Shown: positions 39,757 to 50,009 of the stretch, piece by piece
Layout: every line of letters starts with the position of its first letter
Position numbering within the stretch: position 1 is the stretch's first letter
Assembly: GCA_036336835.1 (NCBI GenBank)
Contig: JAYZFK010000024.1
Location: 1-64,000 of the forward strand
Origin: Myxococcota bacterium
GTDB taxonomy: Bacteria > Myxococcota_A > UBA9160 > UBA4427
DNA: 64,000 nucleotides
Direction: 5' to 3'
The notes under the pieces: generated by a model
What the model saw: only the letters and a program-made list of their open reading frames with translations
Told to the model about the DNA's origin: nothing
Databases searched by the model: none
Translations under genes and position numbers: made by a program

Positions 39757-42312
39757 ATGGTGCCGCCCGACTCCACCGCCACTCGGCCGCTGCGCGACTG
39801 GATCCCCGACGGGGTGCTGCGCGATCCCGAGGCGATCCTCGACCGCTTCCTGAAGTGGGTCGAATCGACCGGGCTCGAGCCCTACGCGGCCCAGGAAGAG
39901 GCGCTGCTCGAGCTGATGACGGGCAACCACGTCGTGCTCTCGACGCCGACGGGCTCGGGCAAGTCCCTGGTGGCGCTCGGGCTCCACTTCAAGGCGCTTT
40001 GCGAAGGGCGCCGCTCGTTCTACACGGCGCCGATCAAGGCGCTGGCCAGCGAGAAGTTCTTCGCGCTGTGCGACGAGCTCGGCGCCGACTCGGTCGGCAT
40101 GCTGACCGGGGATGCCAGCATCAACTGGGGTGCGCCGGTGATCTGCTGCACCGCGGAGGTGCTCGCGAACATGGCGGTGCGCCAGGGCGCGCGCGCCGAC
40201 GCGCCGCTCGTCGTGATGGACGAGTTCCACTACTACGGAGATCCAGAGCGGGGCGCGGCCTGGCAGATCCCGCTGCTCGCCCTGCACGAGACGCAGTTCC
40301 TGCTGATGTCGGCGACCCTCGGCAATACGGCGGCGATCGAGGAGCGGATCGCCGCTCGCACCGGGCGAGGGGTGGCGCACGTCCACAGCGACGAGCGACC
40401 CGTCCCACTCGACTTCGAGTACGCCGAGACGCCGCTGCACGAAACGATCGAGCGGCTGCTCGAGCGGCAGCAGGCGCCGATCTATGTCGTCTGCTTCACC
40501 CAGCGCGCCGCCGCCGAGCAGGCACAGGCGCTGACCAGCGCCAAGGTGTCGACGCGGGAGGAGAGGCAGGCGGTGGCCGCGGCGATCGGCGGCTTCCGCT
40601 TCGATTCACCCTACGGCAAGGACATCGCCCGCATCCTGCGCCACGGGATCGGCCTCCACCATGCGGGCCTGCTCCCAAAGTATCGGCTGCTGGTCGAGCA
40701 GCTGGCGCAGCAGGGCCTGCTCAAGGTGATCTGTGGCACGGACACGCTGGGCGTCGGGGTCAATGTTCCGATCCGTACCGTCCTGTTCACGCAGCTCAGC
40801 AAGTTCGACGGGAGCAAGCAGGCGTTGCTCACGGCGCGCGACTTCAAGCAGATCGCGGGCCGCGCGGGGCGTCGCGGCTTCGACGATCTCGGGAGCGTCG
40901 TGTGCCAGGCGCCGGAGCACGTGATCGACAATGCCCGGCTCGCGAGCAAGGCGGCGGCGGCCGGCGGCGCGAAGCAACGCAAGCTGGTCAAACGGAAGCC
41001 GCCCCGACACTTCGTCGGCTGGAGCCGCGAGACGTTCGAGCAGCTCGTCGAGAGACCGACCGAGGGGCTCGAATCGCGCTTTGCCGTCACCCACGGACTG
41101 CTGATCGATTGCCTGCAGCGAGGCCAGGAGGAGGAGCTGCCGGCCTCGGGCTACGGTGCGCTGCTCGAGCTGATCGCCCTGAGTCACGGCGATGCGAAGT
41201 CCAAACGGCGCCTGCGCCGCGAGGCGGCGCTGCTGTTCCGCTCGCTGCGAAGCAGCGAAATCCTGACGGTCGAGCGAGAGCGCCCACCTCGCGTGGTCAT
41301 CGATACGGCGCTTCAGCGCGATTTCTCACTCCACCATTCGCTGTCGCTCTACCTGGTCGAAGCGATCGCTGCCTTCGACCCGCAGAGTGAGACGCTCGCA
41401 CTCGACGTGCTGTCGCTGGTCGAGGCGATCCTCGAGGATCCGCGCGCGATCCTGTACCAGCAGGAGCGGCGCGCGAAGGACGATCTCATGGCGCGACTCA
41501 AGGCCGAGCGGGTCCCCTACGAGGAGCGCATGAACGAGCTCGAGAAGGTGAGCTGGCCGAAGCCGAACGAGACCCTCGTGCGGGCGACCTTCGAGCTGTT
41601 CCGCGAGCGCCATCCGTGGGTGCGCGACGACGACATCCGGCCGAAGGGGATCGCGAGCGAGATGGCCGAGCACTACGCGAGCTTCGAGGACTTCGTGAAG
41701 CGCAATCAGCTCGCGCGCATGGAGGGCCTGCTGCTTCGCTACCTGAGCCAGGTGTGGAACACGCTGGTGCACAACGTCCCGTCGGTGGCGATGACCGACG
41801 AGCTACACGATCTGGCCGGCTACCTGCGGGCCACCGTCACCCAGGTGGACTCGAGCCTGGTGAGCGAGTGGGAGAGCCTGGTGTCGCCCGGCCCCGCGCC
41901 CTCGCAGGCGCCCGAGGCGCCGAGCCCGCGCACGCCGGAGATCCTGCGCGACGAACGCGCCTTCCGGGCCCGGGTCCGCGCGGAGTGCCACCGCCTGGTG
42001 CGCGCCCTGTCCAACGGGGCCTACGACCAGGCCGTCCACGCCCTGCGCGAGACGGACGACCCCTGGACCCCCGAGCGAATCGAGCACGCCCTGGTCCCGT
42101 TCTACGAGCAATACGAACGGGTGGTCTTCGAGCCCAGGGCGAGAGCGGCCGACAAGACCTGGATCGTGCAGCGTGAGCCGCGTCTCTGGGAGGTGCACCA
42201 GACTCTGGTCGACGACCGGGACGACAACCTCTGGAGCCTCCAGATGGAGGTCGACCTGCGCGCCGAGATCCCGGACGGCCCGCTCCTCACGCTTCACCAG
42301 ATCACGGGCTGA
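39757..42312 (+). CDS. Ski2-like DEAD/DEAH helicase with DUF3516 C-terminus
   Basis: TPTGSGKS, APIKAL, DEFH, MSAT, HHAGLLPKYR, QIAGRAGRRGFD. Confidence 0.92.
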   Translation: MVPPDSTATRPLRDWIPDGVLRDPEAILDRFLKWVESTGLEPYAAQEEALLELMTGNHVVLSTPTGSGKSLVALGLHFKALCEGRRSFYTAPIKALASEKFFALCDELGADSVGMLTGDASINWGAPVICCTAEVLANMAVRQGARADAPLVVMDEFHYYGDPERGAAWQIPLLALHETQFLLMSATLGNTAAIEERIAARTGRGVAHVHSDERPVPLDFEYAETPLHETIERLLERQQAPIYVVCFTQRAAAEQAQALTSAKVSTREERQAVAAAIGGFRFDSPYGKDIARILRHGIGLHHAGLLPKYRLLVEQLAQQGLLKVICGTDTLGVGVNVPIRTVLFTQLSKFDGSKQALLTARDFKQIAGRAGRRGFDDLGSVVCQAPEHVIDNARLASKAAAAGGAKQRKLVKRKPPRHFVGWSRETFEQLVERPTEGLESRFAVTHGLLIDCLQRGQEEELPASGYGALLELIALSHGDAKSKRRLRREAALLFRSLRSSEILTVERERPPRVVIDTALQRDFSLHHSLSLYLVEAIAAFDPQSETLALDVLSLVEAILEDPRAILYQQERRAKDDLMARLKAERVPYEERMNELEKVSWPKPNETLVRATFELFRERHPWVRDDDIRPKGIASEMAEHYASFEDFVKRNQLARMEGLLLRYLSQVWNTLVHNVPSVAMTDELHDLAGYLRATVTQVDSSLVSEWESLVSPGPAPSQAPEAPSPRTPEILRDERAFRARVRAECHRLVRALSNGAYDQAVHALRETDDPWTPERIEHALVPFYEQYERVVFEPRARAADKTWIVQREPRLWEVHQTLVDDRDDNLWSLQMEVDLRAEIPDGPLLTLHQITG

Positions 42313-42319
42313 GCCGAAG

Positions 42320-43192
42320 TCAGCCCCGATACTGGGCGAGCTCCGCGTCGTAGTCGGCGAAGCCCAGTAGCTGCTTCAGGTCGGAGAAGGCGAGACGCTC
42401 GCCGGGCGTCGCGCCCCGGCCCAGGGCCTCCAGGGCGGCCTGCATGCCCCGTGTGGCAGCGGACAGCAGGGTCAGGGGGTATGCCGCGAGCTTGAAGCCG
42501 AGTCGTTCCAGCTCGTCGGGTGGGAGCAGTGGGGTCGCTCCGTCCTCGACCAGGTTCGCCAGCTTGGGGCCCGGAATCTGCTCGCCAATGCGACGCAGCT
42601 CGTCTTCGCTCTGCGGGGCCTCGACGAAGGCGATGTCGGCCCCGAGCGCCGCGAACTCCTGGGCTCGCTCGATCGCCTCGTGCAGATCGTGTGTCGCCGC
42701 GGCATCGGTCCGGGCCATCACCAGGATGTCGCCGCCCTCGTCGCGCAGCGCTTCGCGCGCGTCGATCGCCGCGCGAATGCGCGCCACGGCTTCGCCCCGT
42801 TCGACCACCTGCTTGCCGCGAGTGTGGCCGCAGCGCTTCGGCGCGAGCTGGTCTTCGATCATCACGCAGGCAAAGCCCGCGCGGGCGTAACCGCGCACCG
42901 TGCGCTTCGCGTTGACCGGGTTCCCGTAGCCGGTGTCCCCATCCCCGATCACCGGAATCCCGACTGCGTCGCAGATGTTGCGCCCCTGGTCGAGCATCTC
43001 GCCGTACGAGATCAAACCGGTATCGGGCATCGCCAGCCGAGCAGCCGAGACGGCGAAGCCACTCATGAAGGTGAGCGGAAAGCCTGCGCGCTCGATCAGA
43101 CGAGCCGAGAGCGCATCGAAGCAGCAGGGCATCACGATCAGCCCGGGCTCGCCGAGCAGCTGGCCCAAGCGGGCGGCGGGAGTCTGGGTCAT
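42320..43192 (-). CDS. Isocitrate lyase/PEP mutase family enzyme
   Basis: DALSARL, DGDTGYG, IEDQ..PKRCGH, ARTDA. Confidence 0.92.
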   Translation of the reverse strand: MTQTPAARLGQLLGEPGLIVMPCCFDALSARLIERAGFPLTFMSGFAVSAARLAMPDTGLISYGEMLDQGRNICDAVGIPVIGDGDTGYGNPVNAKRTVRGYARAGFACVMIEDQLAPKRCGHTRGKQVVERGEAVARIRAAIDAREALRDEGGDILVMARTDAAATHDLHEAIERAQEFAALGADIAFVEAPQSEDELRRIGEQIPGPKLANLVEDGATPLLPPDELERLGFKLAAYPLTLLSAATRGMQAALEALGRGATPGERLAFSDLKQLLGFADYDAELAQYRG

Positions 43193-43236
43193 GCGACCCA
43201 GAGTGCGCGAGATCCGCGAGCGGGGCCAGCACTCGC

Positions 43237-43264
43237 TTGACAATGCCGGCGTGTCGTGGACAAT
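43237..43264 (+). promoter_or_regulatory. Sigma70 promoter of asd leader
   Basis: TTGACA-16 nt-GACAAT. Confidence 0.7.
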
Positions 43265-43274
43265 CCGTCCCGAC

Positions 43275-43328
43275 ATGACATCGACCCCGTTCGCCACGAC
43301 GAAGACGACGCCGGAGAGGCCCGACTAG
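43275..43328 (+). CDS. Thr-rich attenuator leader peptide MTSTPFATTKTTPERPD
   Basis: 17 codons, 6 Thr including ACG ACG AAG ACG ACG, directly before antiterminator/terminator. Confidence 0.8.
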   Translation: MTSTPFATTKTTPERPD

Positions 43329-43356
43329 ACCGGGAGTGCCGAACATTCGAGTTGCG

Positions 43357-43392
43357 CGCCCTTCCGGTCGATGAGACGGGGAGGGCGTTTTT
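43357..43392 (+). terminator. Intrinsic attenuator terminator upstream of asd
   Basis: CGCCCTTCCGGTC-gatga-GACGGGGAGGGCG-TTTTT; 5' arm can alternatively pair with 43328-43336. Confidence 0.85.
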
Positions 43393-43434
43393 CGTTGGGG
43401 CGAGCTCGGCCCCGACCCGAGAGAGGAGACCGCC

Positions 43435-44466
43435 GTGAGTCGAGACGATCGAGGCGTACGCGTGGGAGTGGTGGGCGCGACCGGCGCCGTGGGCGAGGTC
43501 CTGCTCGACGTGCTCGCGCAACGCGACTACCCCGTGGCCGAGCTCCGACCACTCGCGAGCGGCCGCTCCGCCGGTTCCAATGTCTCGTTCCGGAACGCGC
43601 CGGTCGAGGTCGCCGAGGCAAGGCCCGAGGCCTTCGACGGTCTGGACATCGTCTTCTTCGCCGCCACCGGGTCGCTGTCGAAGGAGCTCGCGCCCGAGGT
43701 CGCCCGGCGCGGCGGGATCGCGATCGACAAGTCGGGTACCTGGCGGATGGAGGACGGCGTCCCGCTGGTCGTGCCCGAGGTGAACCCCGAAGCCGTCGAC
43801 GGGCACGCCGGCATCATCGCCTGTCCCAACTGCACCACGATCGGCTGCGTCATGGCGCTCGAGCCGATCCACCGCGCCGCGGGCCTGAAGAGCGCGGTGA
43901 TCACCACGCTGCAGGCGGTCTCCGGCGCTGGACGCGACGGCATCGACGAGCTCGCGACGCAGCAGCGAGCGCTCGCCAGCGGCGACGAGCCGCGGGCCGA
44001 CCTGTTCGCCGCACCGATCGCCAACAACGTGGTGCCGCTGTGCGAGACGTTTCGCGACGACGACTATTCGACCGAGGAGGTGAAGCTGCTGTTCGAGACC
44101 CGCAAGATCATGGGCCTGCCGGATCTCGAGGTCGCCATGACCTGCGTGCGCGTACCCGTCCCGATCGGTCACTCGGCCACGATGCTGCTCGAGACCGAGC
44201 GCCCACTGTCGGCCGAGGCGGCGCGCGAGGCGCTGGCCGCCTTCCCCGGCCTCGAGGTCGTCGACGACACCGCGACCTGCAGCTTTCCGACTCCGCGCGA
44301 CGTCGAGGGCCGCGACGAGGTGCTGGTCGGCCGGGTCCGGAAGGACCTCGGCAGCGAGCGGCTGTGGCTGTGGCAGGTCTCGGACAATCTGCGCAAGGGA
44401 GCCGCGACCAACGCAGTCCAGATTGCCGAGCTGCTGCTCGAGCGCGGGCTGATCGGAGGGAGCTGA
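43435..44466 (+). CDS. asd: Aspartate-semialdehyde dehydrogenase
   Basis: VVGATGAVG, VVPEVN, PNCTT, QAVSGAG, CVRVP..GHS, DNLRKGAA. Confidence 0.97.
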   Translation: MSRDDRGVRVGVVGATGAVGEVLLDVLAQRDYPVAELRPLASGRSAGSNVSFRNAPVEVAEARPEAFDGLDIVFFAATGSLSKELAPEVARRGGIAIDKSGTWRMEDGVPLVVPEVNPEAVDGHAGIIACPNCTTIGCVMALEPIHRAAGLKSAVITTLQAVSGAGRDGIDELATQQRALASGDEPRADLFAAPIANNVVPLCETFRDDDYSTEEVKLLFETRKIMGLPDLEVAMTCVRVPVPIGHSATMLLETERPLSAEAAREALAAFPGLEVVDDTATCSFPTPRDVEGRDEVLVGRVRKDLGSERLWLWQVSDNLRKGAATNAVQIAELLLERGLIGGS

Positions 44467-44496
44467 GCGCGCAAGCCGGCCGAGGCTTCCCGCGTC

Positions 44497-45456
44497 TCAG
44501 CTGCGCCCGAAGCGAACGCGGCCGCGCGCGCGGGCCTGGATCAGCCGCCGCTTGCGCAGAACACGGCGCGCGAGCCGCGCGGTGTCGCGGTACGCGCCCA
44601 ACACCGCCCGGTCGCGCAGCAGCGCAAACGACAAGCGCAGCAGCTCCCAGCCCAGGATCACCGGCAGGTCGCGCAGCCACTCGCCCAGCCGATCGTTCTT
44701 GATCATCTGCAGCGAGTGGTTCTTGAACGAATGGCGGCGGATGGCGGGCGGGATCGCGAACCGCGTCCCGCGCTTCCAGCCGCGCTCGTGCTGCGCGCGC
44801 GCGCCCGGCACGTACAGGACACGCCAACCAAACAGCGCCGCGCGCCACGCGAGATCCGTCTCCTCGTGGTACAGGAAGAAGTCCTCGTCGAAGATCTCGC
44901 CCTCCACCGCGAGGTCACGAGCGGCCGAGAGCCGCAGCCACAGAGCGGCCCCACTCGCGCCGAACACCGCTTCCGGCTCGGCGTACTGCCCGACGTCGCG
45001 CTGGTCGCTCGCGCGATCGCGCGGCCGGCGATTGCGACCGAGCAGGATCCCGGCGCTGTCGAGCGTCTTGCCGTCGCGCCGGATCAGCCGACCGCCGGCG
45101 AGCGCCGCCTCGGGATCCGCCTCGAGCGCACCCAACATGGCCGCCGCAAAGCCCGGTTCCAGCACCACGTCGGGGTTGAGCAGCAGCAGGTATTCACAGC
45201 CCGCATCCCCGAACGCGCGCTCGATCAGCCGATTGGCGCCGTAGGCGTAGCCGCGGTTCTCGATCGATGCGCGCTCGATCTCCGGCCGCGTACGAAGGGC
45301 CCGCTCGAGCCGCGCCGGCTCGTTGTCCGCGTCGAGGATCCGGATCCAGCGCGGACCGACCGTCTGGGCCCGGATCGCGCCTACGCATCCCGGCAGCTCG
45401 GGGTACGAGCCGTGGTGAATCACTCCGACTGCATAGCGCGACGCTGCGTTGCTCAC
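44497..45456 (-). CDS. Glycosyltransferase family 2
   Basis: NRGYAYGAN, LLLNPD, FDEDFFLYHEETDL; start inferred. Confidence 0.9.
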   Translation of the reverse strand: MSNAASRYAVGVIHHGSYPELPGCVGAIRAQTVGPRWIRILDADNEPARLERALRTRPEIERASIENRGYAYGANRLIERAFGDAGCEYLLLLNPDVVLEPGFAAAMLGALEADPEAALAGGRLIRRDGKTLDSAGILLGRNRRPRDRASDQRDVGQYAEPEAVFGASGAALWLRLSAARDLAVEGEIFDEDFFLYHEETDLAWRAALFGWRVLYVPGARAQHERGWKRGTRFAIPPAIRRHSFKNHSLQMIKNDRLGEWLRDLPVILGWELLRLSFALLRDRAVLGAYRDTARLARRVLRKRRLIQARARGRVRFGRS

Positions 45457-45615
45457 GCCGGTCCTCTCTACCTGCCACCTGCCCGGTGACCCGTGCCCAA
45501 TGTCGCGGCAGCCATGCTCGATCGTTCGGCAGTCGTCGCCGTGATGCAGCTCACGATTGAGCCGCTTCCCGCTCGGTCCGGCCGACTCCAGCCGCGCCAC
45601 GACACATGACCAGTT

Positions 45616-45631
45616 TGGCACATCGGTTGCT
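45616..45631 (+). promoter_or_regulatory. Sigma54 (-24/-12) promoter upstream of PII gene
   Basis: TGGCAC-ATCGG-TTGCT, exact consensus spacing. Confidence 0.8.
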
Positions 45632-45655
45632 ATAGCCGCTCCCGACGACCGGTGA

Positions 45656-46069
<414 letters not shown>

Positions 46070-46128
46070 GGTGGCGGGACGCTCCTGGGAGGTGCAACCC
46101 AGCGACGTCGGCCTGCGGGAGCCGGGGC

Positions 46129-47103
46129 TCAGGGCTCGACCACGAGCTTGCCCCAGGTCCCGCGCGAGCCGAGAGCCTCGAGCGCCTTCGGGAGATCGTC
46201 GAGCGCATAGCGGGCCGAGACCACGGGCTGGATGCGACCGGCAGCGTAGAGCTCGAACAGCCCGTCGTAGGTGGCCTGGACCCTCGCCGGTTGACTGCCC
46301 GCGTGGCCGCCCCAGTTGAGGCCGACTAGCGAGATGTTCTTGAGCAGCACGCGGTTGAGCGCGACCCTCGGGATCTCACCGCTGGCGAAGCCGATCACCA
46401 GCAGCCGCCCGTTCCAGGCGATGCACTGGAGCGATCGTTCGAAGACATCCCCGCCCACCGAGTCGTAGATCACGTCGGCGCCGCGGCCGTCCGTCGCCTC
46501 CCGGACCTTCGCGACGAAATCCTCGGCGCGGTAGTCGATCCCGACGTCGGCGCCGTGCTCGAGCGCCACGGCCAGCTTGTCGGCCCCGCCCGCGGTTGCG
46601 ATCACGCGCGCTCCCCGCGCCTTGCCGATCTGGACGGCGGCGAGCCCGACCCCGCCGGCCGCCGCGTGCACCAGCAGCGTCTCGCCCGCCTGCAGATCGG
46701 CGCGGAACACGAGTGCGGCATACGAGGTGCAATAGACGATCGGAAGCGCCGCGGCGTGCGCGAAGTCCATGCCCTCGGGAATGCGGATGCAGTCCTGCTC
46801 GGCCACGACGGCGCGTTCGGCGAAGCCGCCGAGCAGACTCGACGTCAAGACGCGGTCCCCCTCGCACAGGCCGGAGACGCCAGGACCCACGGCGACCACC
46901 TCGCCCGCCAGCTCGGCGCCCGGCACGAACGGAAAGGGCGGCTTCACCTGGTAGCGGCCCTGCACGATCAGGATGTCGAAGAAATTGAGCGCGGCGGCGC
47001 GCGTCGCGATCTTCACGGCCCCCGGAAGCAGCTCTGGCTCGGCGACCTCGGAGACGCGCAGCTCCGACGGCTTCATCCAGCGATCCACCACCACGGCACG
47101 CAC
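46129..47103 (-). CDS. NADPH:quinone oxidoreductase (MDR/zeta-crystallin family)
   Basis: GRYQVKPPFPFVPG, HAAAGGVG, GRLLVIGFASG. Confidence 0.92.
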   Translation of the reverse strand: MRAVVVDRWMKPSELRVSEVAEPELLPGAVKIATRAAALNFFDILIVQGRYQVKPPFPFVPGAELAGEVVAVGPGVSGLCEGDRVLTSSLLGGFAERAVVAEQDCIRIPEGMDFAHAAALPIVYCTSYAALVFRADLQAGETLLVHAAAGGVGLAAVQIGKARGARVIATAGGADKLAVALEHGADVGIDYRAEDFVAKVREATDGRGADVIYDSVGGDVFERSLQCIAWNGRLLVIGFASGEIPRVALNRVLLKNISLVGLNWGGHAGSQPARVQATYDGLFELYAAGRIQPVVSARYALDDLPKALEALGSRGTWGKLVVEP

Positions 47104-47182
47104 GGCTCGACGACACTCCCAGAGAGGGGCCCGCCAGTCTATCCCACGCGGGCCCGCCGACTGCGCGATACACTCTCGGGCC

Positions 47183-48376
47183 ATGGCCGATGAGTCGCTC
47201 GAGCTATTGAAGCTCGCGGCACGCGAGGCGATCGACCGCCTCGAGCCCGAGCTACTGCACGTCTCGCACGAGATCCACGCCCATCCCGAGCTGGCCTTCG
47301 AGGAGCAGCACGCCGCTGCGCTGCTCGTCGACGCGCTGCGCAAGGGCGAGCTCGAGGTCGAGCCCGGAGCCTACGGGCTACCGACCGCGTTTGCGGCCGA
47401 GTTCGGCGCGGACGACGGACCGCTGGTCGCGCTGCTGGCCGAGTACGACGCCCTGCCCGAGATCGGTCATGCGTGCGGCCACAACCTGATCGCAACCTCG
47501 GCGCTGGGAGCGAGCCTGGCGCTCTCGACGTTGCGCGAGCACCTGCCCGGACGCGTCCGCGTACTGGGCACCCCCGCCGAGGAGCGCGGCGGCGGCAAGG
47601 AGCTGATGGCACGAGCTGGCGCCTTCGACGGTGTCGACGCCGCGTTGATGGTCCACCCGGCGGGCGTCGACCTGGTGACGATGCCGTGCGTCGCGCTGGC
47701 CGAGGTCGAGGTCACCTATCGGGGGCGTTCCGCGCACGCCGCGGCGATGCCCGAGCGGGGCATCAACGCGCTGGACGCCCTGATCACCGCGTATCAAGCG
47801 ATCGCGCAGCTGCGCCAGCACATCAAGTCGAGCGAGCGGCTGCACGGCATCATCACGCGTGGCGGGGACGCGCCCAACATCGTCCCCGAGCTCGCTGCGG
47901 GACGCTTCTACATCCGGGCCCGCGGCGAACGCGAGCTCGCCGCGCTGCGCGAGCGCGCGATCGGCTGCTTCGAGGCCGGAGCGAGCGCTACGGGCGCCGA
48001 GCTCGAGATGGTGTGGGGCGACGTCGACTACCTCGACATCCGCCGCAACGAGCCGCTCGAAGAGGCATTCCGCGCCAACGCCGAGCAGCTCGGGCGCCGC
48101 TTCTTCCCGCTGGACGAGCTGCCCGCGAGCCTCGCCGGCAGCACCGACATGGGCAACGTGAGCCACCGCGTCCCGTCGATCCACCCGATGCTCGCCGCCG
48201 CCCCCGCCCACATCACGATCCACAATGCCGAGTTCGCCGAGCACGCCCGCGCCGAGATCGGCGATCGCGCTGCCATCGACGGCGCCAAGGCGCTGGCGAT
48301 GACCGCGCTCGACGTACTGATCGACCGCGACATCCGAGAGCGCGCGCGGGCTATCTTCGAGGCCGGCGGCGGCTGA
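47183..48376 (+). CDS. M20 amidohydrolase (PM20D2/AbgB-like)
   Basis: HPELAFEE, EYDALP..GHACGHN, PAEE, GSTDMGNVS. Confidence 0.92.
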   Translation: MADESLELLKLAAREAIDRLEPELLHVSHEIHAHPELAFEEQHAAALLVDALRKGELEVEPGAYGLPTAFAAEFGADDGPLVALLAEYDALPEIGHACGHNLIATSALGASLALSTLREHLPGRVRVLGTPAEERGGGKELMARAGAFDGVDAALMVHPAGVDLVTMPCVALAEVEVTYRGRSAHAAAMPERGINALDALITAYQAIAQLRQHIKSSERLHGIITRGGDAPNIVPELAAGRFYIRARGERELAALRERAIGCFEAGASATGAELEMVWGDVDYLDIRRNEPLEEAFRANAEQLGRRFFPLDELPASLAGSTDMGNVSHRVPSIHPMLAAAPAHITIHNAEFAEHARAEIGDRAAIDGAKALAMTALDVLIDRDIRERARAIFEAGGG

Positions 48377-48382
48377 CCCCGC

Positions 48383-49387
48383 GTGGCGCCGCGCCTGGCC
48401 ATCGTCGGCGCCGGCAGCGTCGGGCTGTCCCTGACAGCGCGGCTGGCCGCGTCGGGCAGCGACGTGTGGCTGCTCGCGCGCCGCGCCGAGAGCGCCCTCG
48501 CCATCGCTGCGCGCGGCATCGACGTCTACGACCCCGCGAGCGGCGACCGCCTCAACGCGCGGCCTGCCGCCGTCTCGACCCTCGAGCGCTGCGACGCGCT
48601 CGACGGGCGCTTGCTGATCGTCTGCGTGCGCGCGCCCGATTCGGAGGCGCTGGCCCCGCGACTCGCCGGCCTCGCGCCGGAGGCGACGGTCGTCTGCGCG
48701 CAGAACGACGTCGACAACGAGGATCGGTTCTCGCGCCACTTCCGATCCGTAATCGGCGTCGTCGTCCGCCAGACATGTGCGCGCACGGCGCCCAACGCCG
48801 TAAACGCACTCGGCGCGGGCCGGCTGATCGTCGGTGCGCATCCGTCGGGCGAAACGGACGCGGTTGGTGCGCTGGCGGACGCCTTCCGCCTAGCGGGCTT
48901 CGACGTCGGCATCTCGCCGCGCATCGGCGAGGACAAGTGGCTCAAGCTGTGCATCAACCTGATGAGCGTGCCCAACGCGCTGATCCATCCGGACGAGCAC
49001 ACGGCGCCGGCATTCGTCGAGATCAAGGCGACGATCGTCGAGGAGGCCCGCGCGGCACTGTCGGCAGCCGGGATCACCGCCCGCTCCTGCGACGGACGCG
49101 ATCGCTCGCTGGACGAGGAGATCGCCTTCCAGCGGGCATCGCGGTCCGCCGGGCAGAGCGCGCGCCGCCTGCCGGTCTACAACGCAGTCTGGGGCTCGCT
49201 ACGCCACGGCTCGCCGCTCGAGGCCGACCTCCACCACGAACGCATCCTCGCGCTGTCGGCCGCTCACGGGCTCGAGGCGCCGATGAACCGGCGCGCGCTC
49301 GAGCTGGTGCTGCGGGCCCGTCGCGAAGCCCGCGGGCCCGAGAGCGCGCGCTGCTCCGACTTTCTCAGCGCGCTGCCAGACCGCTGA
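48383..49387 (+). CDS. Ketopantoate reductase (PanE/ApbA) family
   Basis: IVGAGSVG, AQND, KWLKLCIN, EAD. Confidence 0.85.
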   Translation: MAPRLAIVGAGSVGLSLTARLAASGSDVWLLARRAESALAIAARGIDVYDPASGDRLNARPAAVSTLERCDALDGRLLIVCVRAPDSEALAPRLAGLAPEATVVCAQNDVDNEDRFSRHFRSVIGVVVRQTCARTAPNAVNALGAGRLIVGAHPSGETDAVGALADAFRLAGFDVGISPRIGEDKWLKLCINLMSVPNALIHPDEHTAPAFVEIKATIVEEARAALSAAGITARSCDGRDRSLDEEIAFQRASRSAGQSARRLPVYNAVWGSLRHGSPLEADLHHERILALSAAHGLEAPMNRRALELVLRARREARGPESARCSDFLSALPDR

Positions 49388-50009
49388 AGACGAGCTCGAC
49401 ATCGCTGCGGATCGTGTCGAGACAGGCGTCGTCGGAGAGCAGACCGTTGACCCACGGAACCCGCGCGCCCTGCGTGATGTGGAACAGCATGCGCGCGGCG
49501 TCGAGCACATCCACGCCCGGCGAAAGGTCCCCGCGCATTCGTCCGATCTGCAAAATCTCCGCGAGCAGGCCGATCGTGCGGTCGTGCAACACCAGCACCT
49601 GTCGCGCGACGCGTGCGTCGGGCCGAGTCACGCCGCGCAGCGCGATCAACGTGAAGTCGCGATCGGCGGTCAGCAGCGAGTGCTGGATCTCGAGGAAGTG
49701 GGCGACGCGCTTCCGCGTCGGCGCCCTGCGATCGTCCTGTGCCCGAAACCGCGCCCAGGCTTCTTCTTGCAGCGCCGCGAGCTCGCCGACGAGCAGCTCC
49801 TCCTTGGTGCGCACGTGGCGATAGATCGAGCTCGCCCCCATCTCGGCGCGCTCGGCGATTGCGCGCAAGGTGGCACCGTCGAAGCCGCGCTCGCGGAACA
49901 GCTCGCGCGCCGCGCGCTGGATGCGATCGCGGCTGCGCCGCCCGCGCACCAGCCGACCGTCGTCGGCGCGCAGCTTGCTGCCCGGCTTGGATCCCCCCAG
50001 CAGGTTCAA
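49365..50009 (-). CDS. TetR/AcrR family regulator
   Basis: LFRERGFDGATLRAIAERAEMGASSIYRHVRTKEEL; TTG overlaps upstream TGA. Confidence 0.9.
   Translation of the reverse strand: MNLLGGSKPGSKLRADDGRLVRGRRSRDRIQRAARELFRERGFDGATLRAIAERAEMGASSIYRHVRTKEELLVGELAALQEEAWARFRAQDDRRAPTRKRVAHFLEIQHSLLTADRDFTLIALRGVTRPDARVARQVLVLHDRTIGLLAEILQIGRMRGDLSPGVDVLDAARMLFHITQGARVPWVNGLLSDDACLDTIRSDVELVFSGLAAR

Noticed and set aside
39757..42312. Helicase as a Hachiman-like defence component
   Set aside because: Matches the widespread DUF3516 helicase type and has no partner defence gene
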